NCBI RefSeq assembly: GCF_044704955.1
Contig: NC_091988.1
Coordinates: 141,980,001 to 142,044,000, forward strand
Origin: Pristiophorus japonicus
Taxonomy: Eukaryota
Reading direction: 5' to 3'
Length of the DNA: 64,000 nt
This document shows positions 11,830-23,178 of the stretch, piece by piece. Below the pieces are notes generated by a model, which worked only from the letters and a program-made list of their open reading frames with translations, searched no databases and was not told the DNA's origin. The position numbers and the translations under genes were made by a program. Position 1 is the stretch's first letter. Each line of letters opens with the position of its first letter.

Positions 11830-13597
11830 CCAATGTTTATCCAGCTAAATAAAATGCAGTTTTTAGCTATAGGAATGGATCACATTCAAAAGGATACTGT
11901 TTTGCATATCATAGAACACGCCAGGCATTAGAGCATGAGGAATGACTGGGGAACTATCTGACAAATGCAGCTTTTAATTGTTCCCCCTCTTCTTGCTCTA
12001 ATCACACGGCTGCAGCATTGATTCAGAACACACTAGCCCATGAAAACTGTCACCGTTTTTGTCGACGTCACTGGATCCACTGGCAATTTCAGCTCTTGCT
12101 GGATGCACACTAAGGGTGATAAGGCACTGCATCCTGCCAAGCTCAGCAGGTTTCCCATTTCCTCTTGCAATTACACATCAAACTGTTTTAGCTTCACAAG
12201 CTTCTCCACTTTAAATTGCCTCAAGGCTCAGTCACTGCCTTGCACATTGATGAAATTTCTCCAGAGCACGTTTCAAAATTAAGTATAAAAGCCTCTGAAA
12301 TTGAAGTTACTGATTTCTTCCAAGGCAGTGCATGGGCAGCTAGAAAAATGATCCTTTTACTGACTTCTGAAACTGAATAATTAATCTTCAGGTCATTGGC
12401 TTGTGGGGTCGGGGGGCGGGGGGAGGAGTGTGTGTAGGTGGGAGCAAAGAACAAGATTATTTCAATTCATCAAGTTTTTGGTCAGTCAGTATTATGGGTA
12501 ATTGTCAACTTTGACACAGCTTCGGTAATGTAAAATAAAAAAAGGAAAGTTAACAGTTCTGCAGATGAACATGCATGCTGTAATGTGTTTGATGTTTCAT
12601 TGGTAATGATCAATTCGGAGCAAGAATCCCAGGTTGCACTAATTAGTTTGTATAAACCTTTATTAAATAGTGTCACGAAAATAGGAATTTTTCAAGTTTT
12701 GCATATTCAGTAATTTCTGCATCTCAGCTATTTATTTACTGTAGACAAGGTTGTCATTTGCAGCACTTCCTCAATAAAACTATTACTTTTAATTAAGCCT
12801 TTCCACCTGTCCCATGGAAAATAGGTCATAAAGCTGATTTTGAATACTATTTTTAGATTTCAAATTCAAAATCACAAACTGGCTGAGATTAAATTCAAAT
12901 ATGAAGAAACATTGCTTTTTAAAAAAAATGTAAAATCAGGTTTGTGCCCTTATTGTTACTCGTCTTCCATCATTAAAATCACATTTGCAATAGGGCTGAT
13001 GAAGTGTCAGTCAAAGTCAGCATGAATTAATCACATGAACCATTGCATAATGAATTAAAATTAGACAGCATTCTGGGGAATGCAGATCTTTTGCGTAGAC
13101 GTGTGTCATCTCCGTAAAGTATTTCTCAGTCTCACAATCTTGGTGACCTGCTAAATTGTGTACTTTCCAGGTCAATTGTCAACAGCCCTTTGCTACAAGC
13201 AAAGGGACAACTGGAAAGTAAATAAATGATGATCTGCTACATAACAAACTACTCTAGATGGAAATGCAAACAAACACTAGTGGGATGCTAGAGACCATCA
13301 GGTCAACAGAAGTAGCTCAGGAGGAGGGATCCTTAGATGATAATGTGAGCAGTCCAAATGGAAAGGGAAAAAAATGTCATGTACAAAAACAAGGACACCA
13401 GATTGGAATAGGTAAGATTTGAGAAAGATGAGGAGCTGAGCTAAGATGCAAAGAGAATTTAACACACAGGTCTGCACTCAACAATGGGATAGTTTAAAAA
13501 AAAGGTGAGCACAAAGCAGCAAAATAAATATACATCATTAAAAATGGAGACTACTTCAAGTATCAGAATAGCATGGATAAATAAAAAGAGGTTAGAA

Positions 13598-13960
13598 AAA
13601 GACTTGAATTTATATAGTGCCATTCACGACCACCAGACGTCTCAAAGCACTTTACAGCCAATGAAGTACTTTTGGAGTTTAGTCACTGTTGTAATGTGGG
13701 AAACACAGCAGCCAACTTGTGCACAGCAAGCTCCCACAAACAGCAATGTGATAATGACCAGATAAACTGTTTCTGTTATGTTGACGGAGATATAAATATT
13801 GGCTAGGACACTGGGGATAACTCCCCGGCTCTTCTTCGAAATAGTGCTAAGAGGTTTTCTACGTCCATCTGAGGGGGGCAGAGGTGGTCTCGGTTTAACA
13901 TTTCAAACGAAAGATGGCACCTCTGACATTGCAGCACTCCCTCAGCATTGAAATATTGAA
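13598..13960 (-). mobile_element. Deu-domain SINE (SacSINE1-like), 5'-truncated
   Basis: Reverse-complement match to the full copy at 59841-60275. Confidence 0.85.
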
Positions 13961-14089
13961 TCATAGAAACAAACCAAAATTGAAGAGAAGGCATAGAGGT
14001 ATGACAAAAAGAAAAAAGAGAGAAAGAGAGAAAGAAATAGAGAGATGAATGAGGAGAGAACCTCAAAAATATTTTTAAAAACAGCAAAG

Positions 14090-14640
14090 TATTCTATAAA
14101 TATAGGAGTGTTGATAGACTAAATAAGGAGAAACTGTTGCCGTTATGTATTGATGCTGGGGGTCACCAGACACTAGAGGACGCCACTGTCGGAGGTCATC
14201 GGACTGTATATGCGTGTGCGCGGTCACTGGTATATAAACGCTGGTACTATGTCACGCGTGTACTTTGGGCACAAATAAAGTTGGATCAGGTTTACACCTG
14301 AGGCAGTTTACGGTAACAAGACTCGAGTCATTACCGTTGGCACTGGCAGTAAGGTTGATAACCAGAGGACACAGATTTAAGGTAAGTGGCAAAAGAACCA
14401 GATGGGGAAATGGAGATTTCTTTTTAATGAAGCAAGTTATTATGATCTGAAATGCACTGCCTGAAAGAGTGGAGGAAGCAGATTCAATGGTAATTTTCAA
14501 AAGGGAATTGCATAAATACTTGAAAAGGAAAAATTTGCAGGGTTATGGGGAAAGAGCAGGGAGCATGGGAATAATTGAATAGCTCTTTCAAAGAGCTGGC
14601 ACGGGCACAATGGACAAATGGCCTCCTTCTGTGCTGAGAG
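14090..14640 (+). mobile_element. CR1 LINE 3' end, interrupted by a solo LTR
   Basis: GATAGACTAAATAAGGAGAAACTG...AACCAGAGGACACAGATTTAAGG...AATGGCCTCCTTCTGTGCTG. Confidence 0.85.
14141..14335 (+). mobile_element. Solo LTR of the Gypsy family at 30786-37298
   Basis: End-to-end similarity to both LTRs of that element; 5-bp TSD GTTGC/GTTGG. Confidence 0.92.
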
Positions 14641-15369
14641 ATTCTATGAAATATTCTATGAAACATGAGGAGGAGGACAGTTTGCTGCATGAAGAGATAA
14701 GGTTATGCGAGAATAGGAAGTTATTTAAATGGCACACGTCAACAACATAAATTAGAGCTGGGGAGACCCAAGTGATTTGGAGTCAGAATAGATACATTTG
14801 TTGCATGACTGCTTCATGACAGTGTGTAAGGGAAGCCGCAAGAGACCATATTTATCTTGATCTAATATTTGTAAATGATGCAGATAATGTACAAGAAATG
14901 GAAATTGTTGCACACCTGGAGGAACAATGATCCAGAATGATCAAGTTTAATATGATCTGGGTTCCAGTTATACCAAAGACCACCAGCCAGATTTACAACC
15001 AATGCCAAAAGGACTGCACTCAATGGGTCCAAGTTTCCACAAGAAAAAAAACGGGCGCCCTTCCAAGCTGGGCGCCCGTTTTTCGCGCCTAAAACGGCGC
15101 CTAAAAAAATCCTCGGTATTCTCCACCTACTTACAGGTCCTGTGGCACTCGGCGCAGCCAGCACGAGCTGTGGAGGGAGCGGAGCCAGGTCCCGGCGCTG
15201 AAAACAGTGCCGGGACCTCTGCACATGCGCGCTACAGTCGGCACGCAAGTGCAGTAGCTCCAGGCGCCGAACTGTGTGGGAGGGGCCCGAAGCACGCAGC
15301 CCCTAGCCCTGGCCCAATGGCCTCACTGGGGCTGCGTGAATGAGGCTCCTCTCACGGCTAGCTCCTGCT

Positions 15370-15654
15370 CCCCGCCCGACCAGACCCGACACTCGCGCCC
15401 CCCCCCCCGACCCGACACCCGCTACCCCCCACCGACCCGACCCGACACCCGCTCTCCCCCCCCCCGACCCGACACCCGCTCCCCCCGCCCCCCCCGCCCC
15501 GACACCCGCTCCCCCCACCCCCCCGACCAGACACCTGCTCCCCCCGACCCGACACCCGCTCCCCCCCCGCCCCGACCCGAGACCCGACACCCCCCGCCCC
15601 GACCCGACCCCCGCTCCCCCCCCCGACTGACCCGACCTGCGCTCCTGTTCCCCG
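15370..15654. repeat. C-rich minisatellite (CCCCGACCCGACACCCGCT-like units)
   Basis: Directly visible tandem units with variable C-runs, running into the N gap. Confidence 0.9.
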
Positions 15655-15850
15655 NNNNNNNNNNNNNNNNNNNNNNNNNNNNNNNNNNNNNNNNNNNNNN
15701 NNNNNNNNNNNNNNNNNNNNNNNNNNNNNNNNNNNNNNNNNNNNNNNNNNNNNNNNNNNNNNNNNNNNNNNNNNNNNNNNNNNNNNNNNNNNNNNNNNNN
15801 NNNNNNNNNNNNNNNNNNNNNNNNNNNNNNNNNNNNNNNNNNNNNNNNNN
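15655..15850. other. Assembly gap (N run)
   Basis: Run of n characters. Confidence 1.
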
Positions 15851-16949
15851 ACGGCTTTCTCCCCCCCCCCCCCTCCCCTCCCGCTCAGCGGCACGAACGG
15901 CTGCAGAATTCTCCCTGGCTGAAGCACTTTCACACAGGTAGGAAGATGGTTTATTTAATCTTTTCTTGGCTTATAAATGTTTATTCAGGTTGGATTTATT
16001 TGTATAATATTTGTAGAAGTATAAATAAGGATTTATTGTCGAATTTAATGAGTTCCCTTCCCCCCCCCGCCCCCCCACCTCGTTCTGGACGCCTAATTTG
16101 TAACCTGCGCCTGATTTTTTAATGTGTAGAACAGGTTTTTTCATTTCTACAAAAATCTTCACTGACTCCATTCTACTTTAGTTTGGAGTACATTTTCACT
16201 GTGGAAACTTTCAAATCAGGCGTCAGTGGCCGGACACGCCCCCTTTTGAAGAAAAAATTCTGTTCTAAACTAGAACTGTTCTACCTGACTAGAACTGCAG
16301 AAAAAAAAATGTGGAGAATTGCGATTTCTAAAATAGTCCGTTCTCCACCAGTTGCTCCTAAAAATCAGGTGCGAATCATGTGGAAACTTGGGCCCAATGA
16401 AATGATGGGAGAATTGCAACAAACGAATTGGAAGCTGATTTTCATCAACATTTCAGTAGAAGACAAATGGAACACTTTACTTTCTAAGAAAACTGTCAGC
16501 AGTGTTTGTTTTGCTACAAGCAGCAGGAAACTGGGAAGTAAATGCTGATGGTCATGCTGGACAAGCGCTTCTGAAATTCAGTAAGCTTAGATTAAACGAG
16601 CATGACCCTAAATTAACAAAAAGTAAAATAAGGAGGACATATCACCTCTAAAAAAAATATATTGCAAGATAAAGAAAGAAGCGATTCACTGTATTAATAT
16701 AGGATCATACAGAAAGACATCAGTGGGGCAGAGAGAGAGAGAGACTTAGAAAAAGCAATAGCAGTAGAGGCAAAACAGAGCTGTAAAATTGTTTTTCAGG
16801 ACTACAATAGCAAAAAGACTGCCAGAGGAATGTTTTAGGGAGCCCCTATCACATTTAAAATAAATGCTGATAGGATGGGTGAACAGTTGGTGTCCGCCAT
16901 GCACAAACATTGAGCTACTACGACAATTACAAGCTAGTAAACAGCAGTC

Positions 16950-17296
16950 ATCATTGGCTTTAGATGGGGAAGAACTTGTCTGACCAACCTCCTTGATTTC
17001 TTTGAGGAAGTGAAAACCCATGTCATGTGTGGTAAACCCTACAATGTAGCGTACCTAGAGTTGAAAAGGCATTTGATAAGGTTCCACACAAAAACGTTAG
17101 TTGCGCTCAAAACTGTGAGGGATTCAGGAAAGGATTGGATACGCGACTGTCCGAAGGATAGGGCATGATTTGTATTGGTTAGAGGAGCCTCTGGCAGAAT
17201 GAGGATGGGAGAGGAAAAGGCTGAGGGGTGAAAGCATACTGATTGAGGTGCCCCAGGATTCAGTGTTAGAACCACTACCGTTTCCAATTTACAATT
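16950..17296 (+). mobile_element. CR1 LINE RT fragment, degenerate, interrupted by a MITE
   Basis: CLTNLLDFFEEV, Y(L)ELKRHLIRF (KAFDKVPH in a shifted frame) and VPQDSVLEPL. It resumes briefly after 17838. Confidence 0.7.
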
Positions 17297-17838
17297 GGGC
17301 TAGAAATTTGGATTTTGGCGAAACGTTATTTTTGGACCACTTCCACTTCGCTATCACTATCAGGCCAGAAATTCAAGTTCTAATTTGCGCAGCGGTAAAA
17401 ATCGGCGTCGCAGAGCGCAAATTTTCGGCAACTTTAGTCTGAGGCCAATACCGCAGCGAGGCGCGCCTCAGGAGGGGTAAAATACCAAAAAATAAATTGC
17501 AACAAAAAAAAAAATCAAATCACAAAACATTCACAATACACTTATGAAATTACTGAAAAAGAATTAATAAAAAATGCAACTTATTTTTGCAGGTCTTCAC
17601 ACTTAGCGCTGCTCCAAGGGCTGCAACGCAGCTTTTTACGTCGGTATTTTTCACGCAAAATACGGGTACAAGTGTGCCAAATTTTTCGCAAAAGCGATAT
17701 TTCAAGTCTTGCACGGAGCGGAACTTCCACAGCGGAACTTGTAACCGCCACTGCAAGATGTCACTGAATTTCCTGCCGACCGGTTTTTCGCCAAATACGG
17801 CAAAATAAACGGTCGCTAGGTCAGCAAATTTCCAGCCC
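17297..17838. mobile_element. Harbinger-type MITE
   Basis: TIRs GGGCTAGAAATTTG and CAAATTTCCAGCCC; flanks ATT/AAT. Confidence 0.88.
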
Positions 17839-18261
17839 AATGAAATGCATTCAGAAATTCAATGAAGATTAGTCAAATTTGTAGGCAATATCCAACAAGG
17901 AGGTATATTTTTCTGCGATTCCAAAGGCAACTTTATTCAAGAAACTTGAGGCATCAAGTCTCTCTTTGAGATGCCCTCTAGTACAAAAAGGACATGTGAT
18001 AATTTATGATGCAATTCACATAAATACTGCTAACAATGTCACAAAATGGAACAGTTTTGTATATTGGTTTTCTCAACATTATGAATGAACTGCCTCAATC
18101 ATTGCTTGCCAAAATCAATTCTAAAGTTCACATTATTCTATCTAAATTCTGATTTACTGCAGAAATGTTTATTTTAAAAAAAACATACATCAGAGCAGTG
18201 CTTCCACCAAAGTTTGTTTCATAACATTGGTGTATGGATAAAATGGGTGACCGGGAAAGAA

Positions 18262-18420
18262 TCCTGCAACTCCCTCCCCAATAGTACTGTGGGAGTACCT
18301 TCACCACACGGGCTGCAGCGGTTCAAGGCGGCGACTCACCATTACTTTCTCAAGGCCAATTAGGGATGGGTATCAATGCTGGACTCAACAGCGGTGCACA
18401 CAGCTCTGGCATTTAAAAAA
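18262..18420 (+). mobile_element. LINE 3' end fragment (HER1-like)
   Basis: CCTGCAACTCCCTCCCCAATAG...CTGCAGCGGTTCAAGGCGGCGACTCACC...CAATTAGGGATGGG followed by an A-rich tail. Confidence 0.6.
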
Positions 18421-18807
18421 AAAAACACATTTGAGAGATGCAAAATATAAGATTTTAGAGTGGGGTTGGGAATGAACTATAATTTAAATCCGAAAACTAC
18501 AGTTTAGTCACGGCTTTTGAACTTTGGAACATTAACTTTTTCTGCTCAAAAGACATAAAAAATAGGCGTGTGTGAACAGGCAGTTCATCAATATTGAAGT
18601 AGTTATCAATTGGGATCACAGCACTTTCTTGCAACTGGATGATGCTCTACACCATTGGCTGCTCTCAGCTTTCTGCCAGTGCCACTAACATAAGGGTCAC
18701 CAGGAGGTACATAAAACAGCAAGTTGTTGCTGGAAATGTAGTCTTTCTTGAGGACTATGGAAGGAATGAAAACTGGTTCCACAATTGCGGGTTGAAATGA
18801 AAAAAAT

Positions 18808-18910
18808 GACTTGCATTTTTATAGCACCTTTCATGACCACTGGATGTCTCAAAGTGCTATATAGGCAATTAAGTACTTTTGGAGTGTAGTCACTGTTGTA
18901 ATGTGGGAAA
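18808..18910 (-). mobile_element. Deu-SINE 3' tail fragment
   Basis: Nearly matches 13600-13703. Confidence 0.75.
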
Positions 18911-20994
18911 GGCTACTGCATACCTTTTTTTTAAAAAAAAGAATTTGAAATTTTTAGATATACAATGACATTTGTAGGGGCATACATTTACTTGGAGAGT
19001 TAAAGAAATTCTGGATAATTACAGGAAAGTAAAGAATTGGCAGAAGCACCCCAGTCATCCACAACTTAAACATTTCCTTATGATGTAATCTGAATTTAGT
19101 AGTTAAGTCATTGCCTGCTAACGCTCTGCCACTCAAAATAATTCTATTTCCAATCTGGCCAAAAAAAATCAATCATTTGTTGAGAGTCGAATATTCCAAT
19201 CTGTGGTCAAGGATCCAAACAAACAGAGATGGAGGGCAGGTTTTAACTATTGGGTGACCAAACAGCAGAGACAGTAGATGCTCCGGCCAGGCCATAAAAT
19301 GGCATGGGTCCTATGAATGTCATATCATTCCGATTTGTATAGATTAAATCAGGCGGATACTTCGGCCACTCAGCAGAAGATGCCAGGAAATGGCAGAGGA
19401 GCAGACACGGGTCAGGCGGCAAGCCCACTATCTCCATTTTAACTCCACTACTGCCCTGGGGGGAGGGACATAAAATCTTCCCTATGGTGTCTGAACATGG
19501 CTTGCATTTTTTCTTTTTTTTTTTAAAAACAAAAATGTAACATTGGCTAAAGGAAGACTGTTACTGCCGATAACATGTGCGTGCATAATGCAGGCCAAAT
19601 TTCCATCCATGTGAAATTGCAGATAAAAGGCATGCCAACCATTATTCACAACTCATAACATTCTTTCAATTGTGAAACACAAGTGACAGCTACTGGAACG
19701 CTCGTTAATTTTGTGTCCCCTCGATGTCACATTTTGATTTGGTTAATTCTTCACACCCATCATTATTCCACCATTGTTCGGCAGTATTGCATTAAAACAT
19801 CGGATAAATTTCACATTCTCATCATCCCTGGAAAAATGGTCACTGGCACTAAAGTAGCTTACCGAAAAAAATTGCATAACTGATTAAGATTTTCATAGTC
19901 TGCTGATGAAGTATATGCTTTCAACTAATGAATATTTTGTTGCATTCAGCACAGCTCTTAAAGACAGCCTATCTTTGTCACCGAGGAGACACAATAGCCA
20001 AAGACAAGACATACATTTATCGTTGTGATGACATCATGCACAAGGCTTTCTGTGCCACGATGCCACTTTTAGGTGGAATTTGTCATTGCACTGAATATTG
20101 GCAAACAAGACCCTAAAATGAGAACTACACACAATTGGCACGAGAAATATAATTTTTTTTTTTAGAGAAATTCATTTTGCTTTTGAACATGCTGAAGGAC
20201 AATGATCACCAAATTATGTCAGTGATGAGTGGTGAGCAGATTCAGCCAGAAACAGCCAAAAATTTTATTAACTTTAAAAAAAAACATTGTGACGTACATT
20301 TTTTTAAAAACATGACATTCATTGGGGCTATAATGTAACGAAGGAAAATTAATTTTATGTTAAAGGTATGTTTTATCCTTTCCAATCAACTAAAAGGTTT
20401 ATCTCCTGCTGGGCAGTTTCAGCATCTCATTGACTGTGCCCTAATCTGTCACTACACACTAACTTTTCTTACTCTCTTCCTCATCATTTGGATTCCAGAA
20501 TTCTTTCGGTCTGACTCAAATTGAATGGATTAGATTTGACAGAAATGTTCTCTGTGCAAAAGAAAATCTAACTGTTTTAAGAATATTCCCAGTTAAATTA
20601 GGTCTGGTTCCCATTTCACAATGACAAATAAATATATGGGTCAACGTTATACAAGTATCACCACCACCACCAACAACAACCACCTGATCGATTCTCAGGT
20701 TCTCAGACACTCCATTCGTCACTTTTAAATGCAAAGTTTGATTTTATATCCATCGGCTATACTGAGGAATGACTGCAAATTGGTTCTATTATTCTATAAA
20801 TAAATAAGCTCTAATGCTTTATCTATTCATCATTCGTAGATTGCATAACTGCTTGTTTAAAAATACGTTAGTTCCTTGTTGCTCTACTGGTCATTTCACA
20901 TTGATCTAAATTGAACTGCATTTGCCATCGACTGGCCTAGTATCCAGGTGCCCTTGTGTTTCAGGACAGATTCACAGCAACAGCAAGAAAGAAA

Positions 20995-21448
20995 ACACTT
21001 GCCTGTGTGTAGCACCTTTTACAACCCGAGGACATCACAAAGTGCTTTATAGCCAATGATGTACTTTGGAAGTGTAGTTGCTTATTATTTGAGCAAACAC
21101 AGGAGCCAATCTGCACAGTAAGATCCCACAAACAGCAATGAGGCGATGACCAGATAATCTGTTTTAGGTGTTGGATGAGCGATAAACATTGGTCAGAACA
21201 CTGGGAGAGCACCCCCTGCTCTTCATCGAAATAGTGCCATGGGATCTTTTGCTTTCACCTGAAAGGACAGACGGGGCCTCGGCTTAACGTCTCATCTGAA
21301 AGCTGGCACCTCCGACAGTGCAGCACTCTCTCAGAACTGCACTGGAGTGCCAGCCGAAATTGTTTGTTCAGGTCTTTGAAGTGGGACTTGAACCCACAAT
21401 CTTCTGACCCAGAGGGGAGAGTGATACGCAATGAGCCAAGGCCAACAC
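20995..21448 (-). mobile_element. Full-length Deu-domain SINE (SacSINE1-like)
   Basis: Minus-strand head TGGCTCATTG...GGGTTCAAGTCCCAC (A/B boxes), with body and tail shared with 59841-60275. Confidence 0.9.
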
Positions 21449-23178
21449 CTCAAAGGGCTGAAGATAACAAACTATTTATGCACAGTTGTTTAAAAAAAAA
21501 ATCAGGATCCACAACGGTTTTCTGGCTGTCAATCTTCCTCCTAAGTTGGACAGAGTCCATAAGAAACACTAAGTTGGCTTGCAAGCAATATAAATGGCAG
21601 CCAGCACCTCCAGAAATGTGCAGTTGTCTGTTTGCACTGACTTTGCTCCCTCTGGATACAGCAGGAAAAACACCTCTTCAGCTCGATCGTAGCCTTTCAG
21701 GGGCAGTTTATTTAGCTTAAAGAGCTGGCAATAGCGAGAACGCTGCAAGGTAAATGCAGTTCCAGTCTCAGATAGAATTCCTGAATTTCTTCCATTGTCA
21801 CTGTTTATTGTAGCCTAATTGTATCACTAATGTACACAAATATCACCTCGACCAGTTTGGGGGCAATGATGAACTAGGTGTCTGAACTTCCAGTTAAATT
21901 AAATGGGAACATTTCCTATTTCCATCAGCTTGCTGCATTTTCCAGAACACCCACCTGCAGTAATGTTCTGCCTCTTGAAATGCATTTTTATAGCCGAGCA
22001 TTTATCAGTTAACACAGCAGTCTGGTAGAACAGAAATTGGATAAATGGAGGACTAATGCACTTGACATTTCCTAAGAACCGTGGGGTGCAAGTGCTCTCT
22101 GTTTTGGAAATTAATATGAAGTAGCAAGGAATGAATAGGATGAGAAGCATCCAGGGTTTCTTTGAAAATGTCAAATTTAATAGCAGAAGAAAATGTCCTT
22201 AAAATCTGCAGATGAAACATGGGAAAAAAAAACCCTGAAATTCTTCCATAACAAAACATTGTGTCAGGTAATGGAAAATGGATTTTTTTGGGTGAAACCT
22301 TGTCTAATCAGTTTCCAATACAGCATTACAGTTGTATTGCTGCTGTGGAAACAGGCTACATGCCCCGACTGTTACTGCAAAGTAAAGCCTCTCATCTCTC
22401 TGAAAGGATGGTTCAAATTCCCTACAAGTTGTTTAGCACAAAGGAGACCATAATTTAAGGCCAGGACAGGAAGTAGTAGGAATGCCATACTTAATGAGTT
22501 GCCAACGAGTACAGTCATGGATCTTGACAGGGTTCTGTCAACACACCACCAAAACTGCCGTTTTGCACCTGCGTTTTCCATCAACAGCAGTTGTCACATT
22601 TAATGTATTCTGCAGGTACTACAACTAACCATTAATTGTTCCCATTTTTCTGCAAGAAATAAAAAGGTTACCGCATTATCTAAATAATAGTCACATTTTA
22701 TTGCCAAGAATGGGCATTTAATGTCCCACAGTGGTAGAGAGCAAAGCACAGACCACAGAAACCGGTTCTCACAAGTGAAACACTGAAAACACCATTACTA
22801 ATCTGTACAAGAGTGAGCCGTTATCGGCCTTTGAGTCACGGTTAGCTGTTTCATTTTGTCCTATTCTGTCACTTCAGCTTACGTTTGATAGCGATCATGG
22901 TGGAAAGTCTAGCCTATCGCCCCAAAATGGGCAATAGTGTTTTCTTTATTTTTCAGGATCGCTGGAATGTTGCCCATGTTAAAAACCTCTAGTTTCGCCT
23001 TTTTAATTTGGGCGATTGTCTTAGCGATGTGAAATGGGCCTTACCGATGTATTCAGTCGTGCAAGGCTGGCGTCCATAGCAATGGCCGTTCTGCGCATGC
23101 GTGTTTTTTTTCCAGCAAAGAACTTTACTCACGATTTGAGGGGTCAGGGGTCATCTACGCAAGCTCAGAAGACAAAGA

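Larger units (their letters stand above)
15025..16395. mobile_element. Non-autonomous Harbinger element with internal C-rich minisatellite (spans assembly gap)
   Basis: TIRs GGGTCCAAGTTTCCAC and GTGGAAACTTGGGCCC; AAT TSD on both sides. Confidence 0.92.

Noticed and set aside
15370-15654. Repeat array as a CRISPR-like locus
   Set aside because: No unique spacers, variable unit length, eukaryotic context and no cas genes.
15276-15941. 221-aa proline-rich ORF and its glycine-rich antisense ORFs
   Set aside because: Translation of a C-rich minisatellite and an N gap inside a MITE.
19230-19482. Additional MITE remnants (also about 2500-2700, 50110-50260, 55200-55670, 59370-59650)
   Set aside because: Compositionally MITE-like, but I could not define convincing TIR pairs or TSDs.
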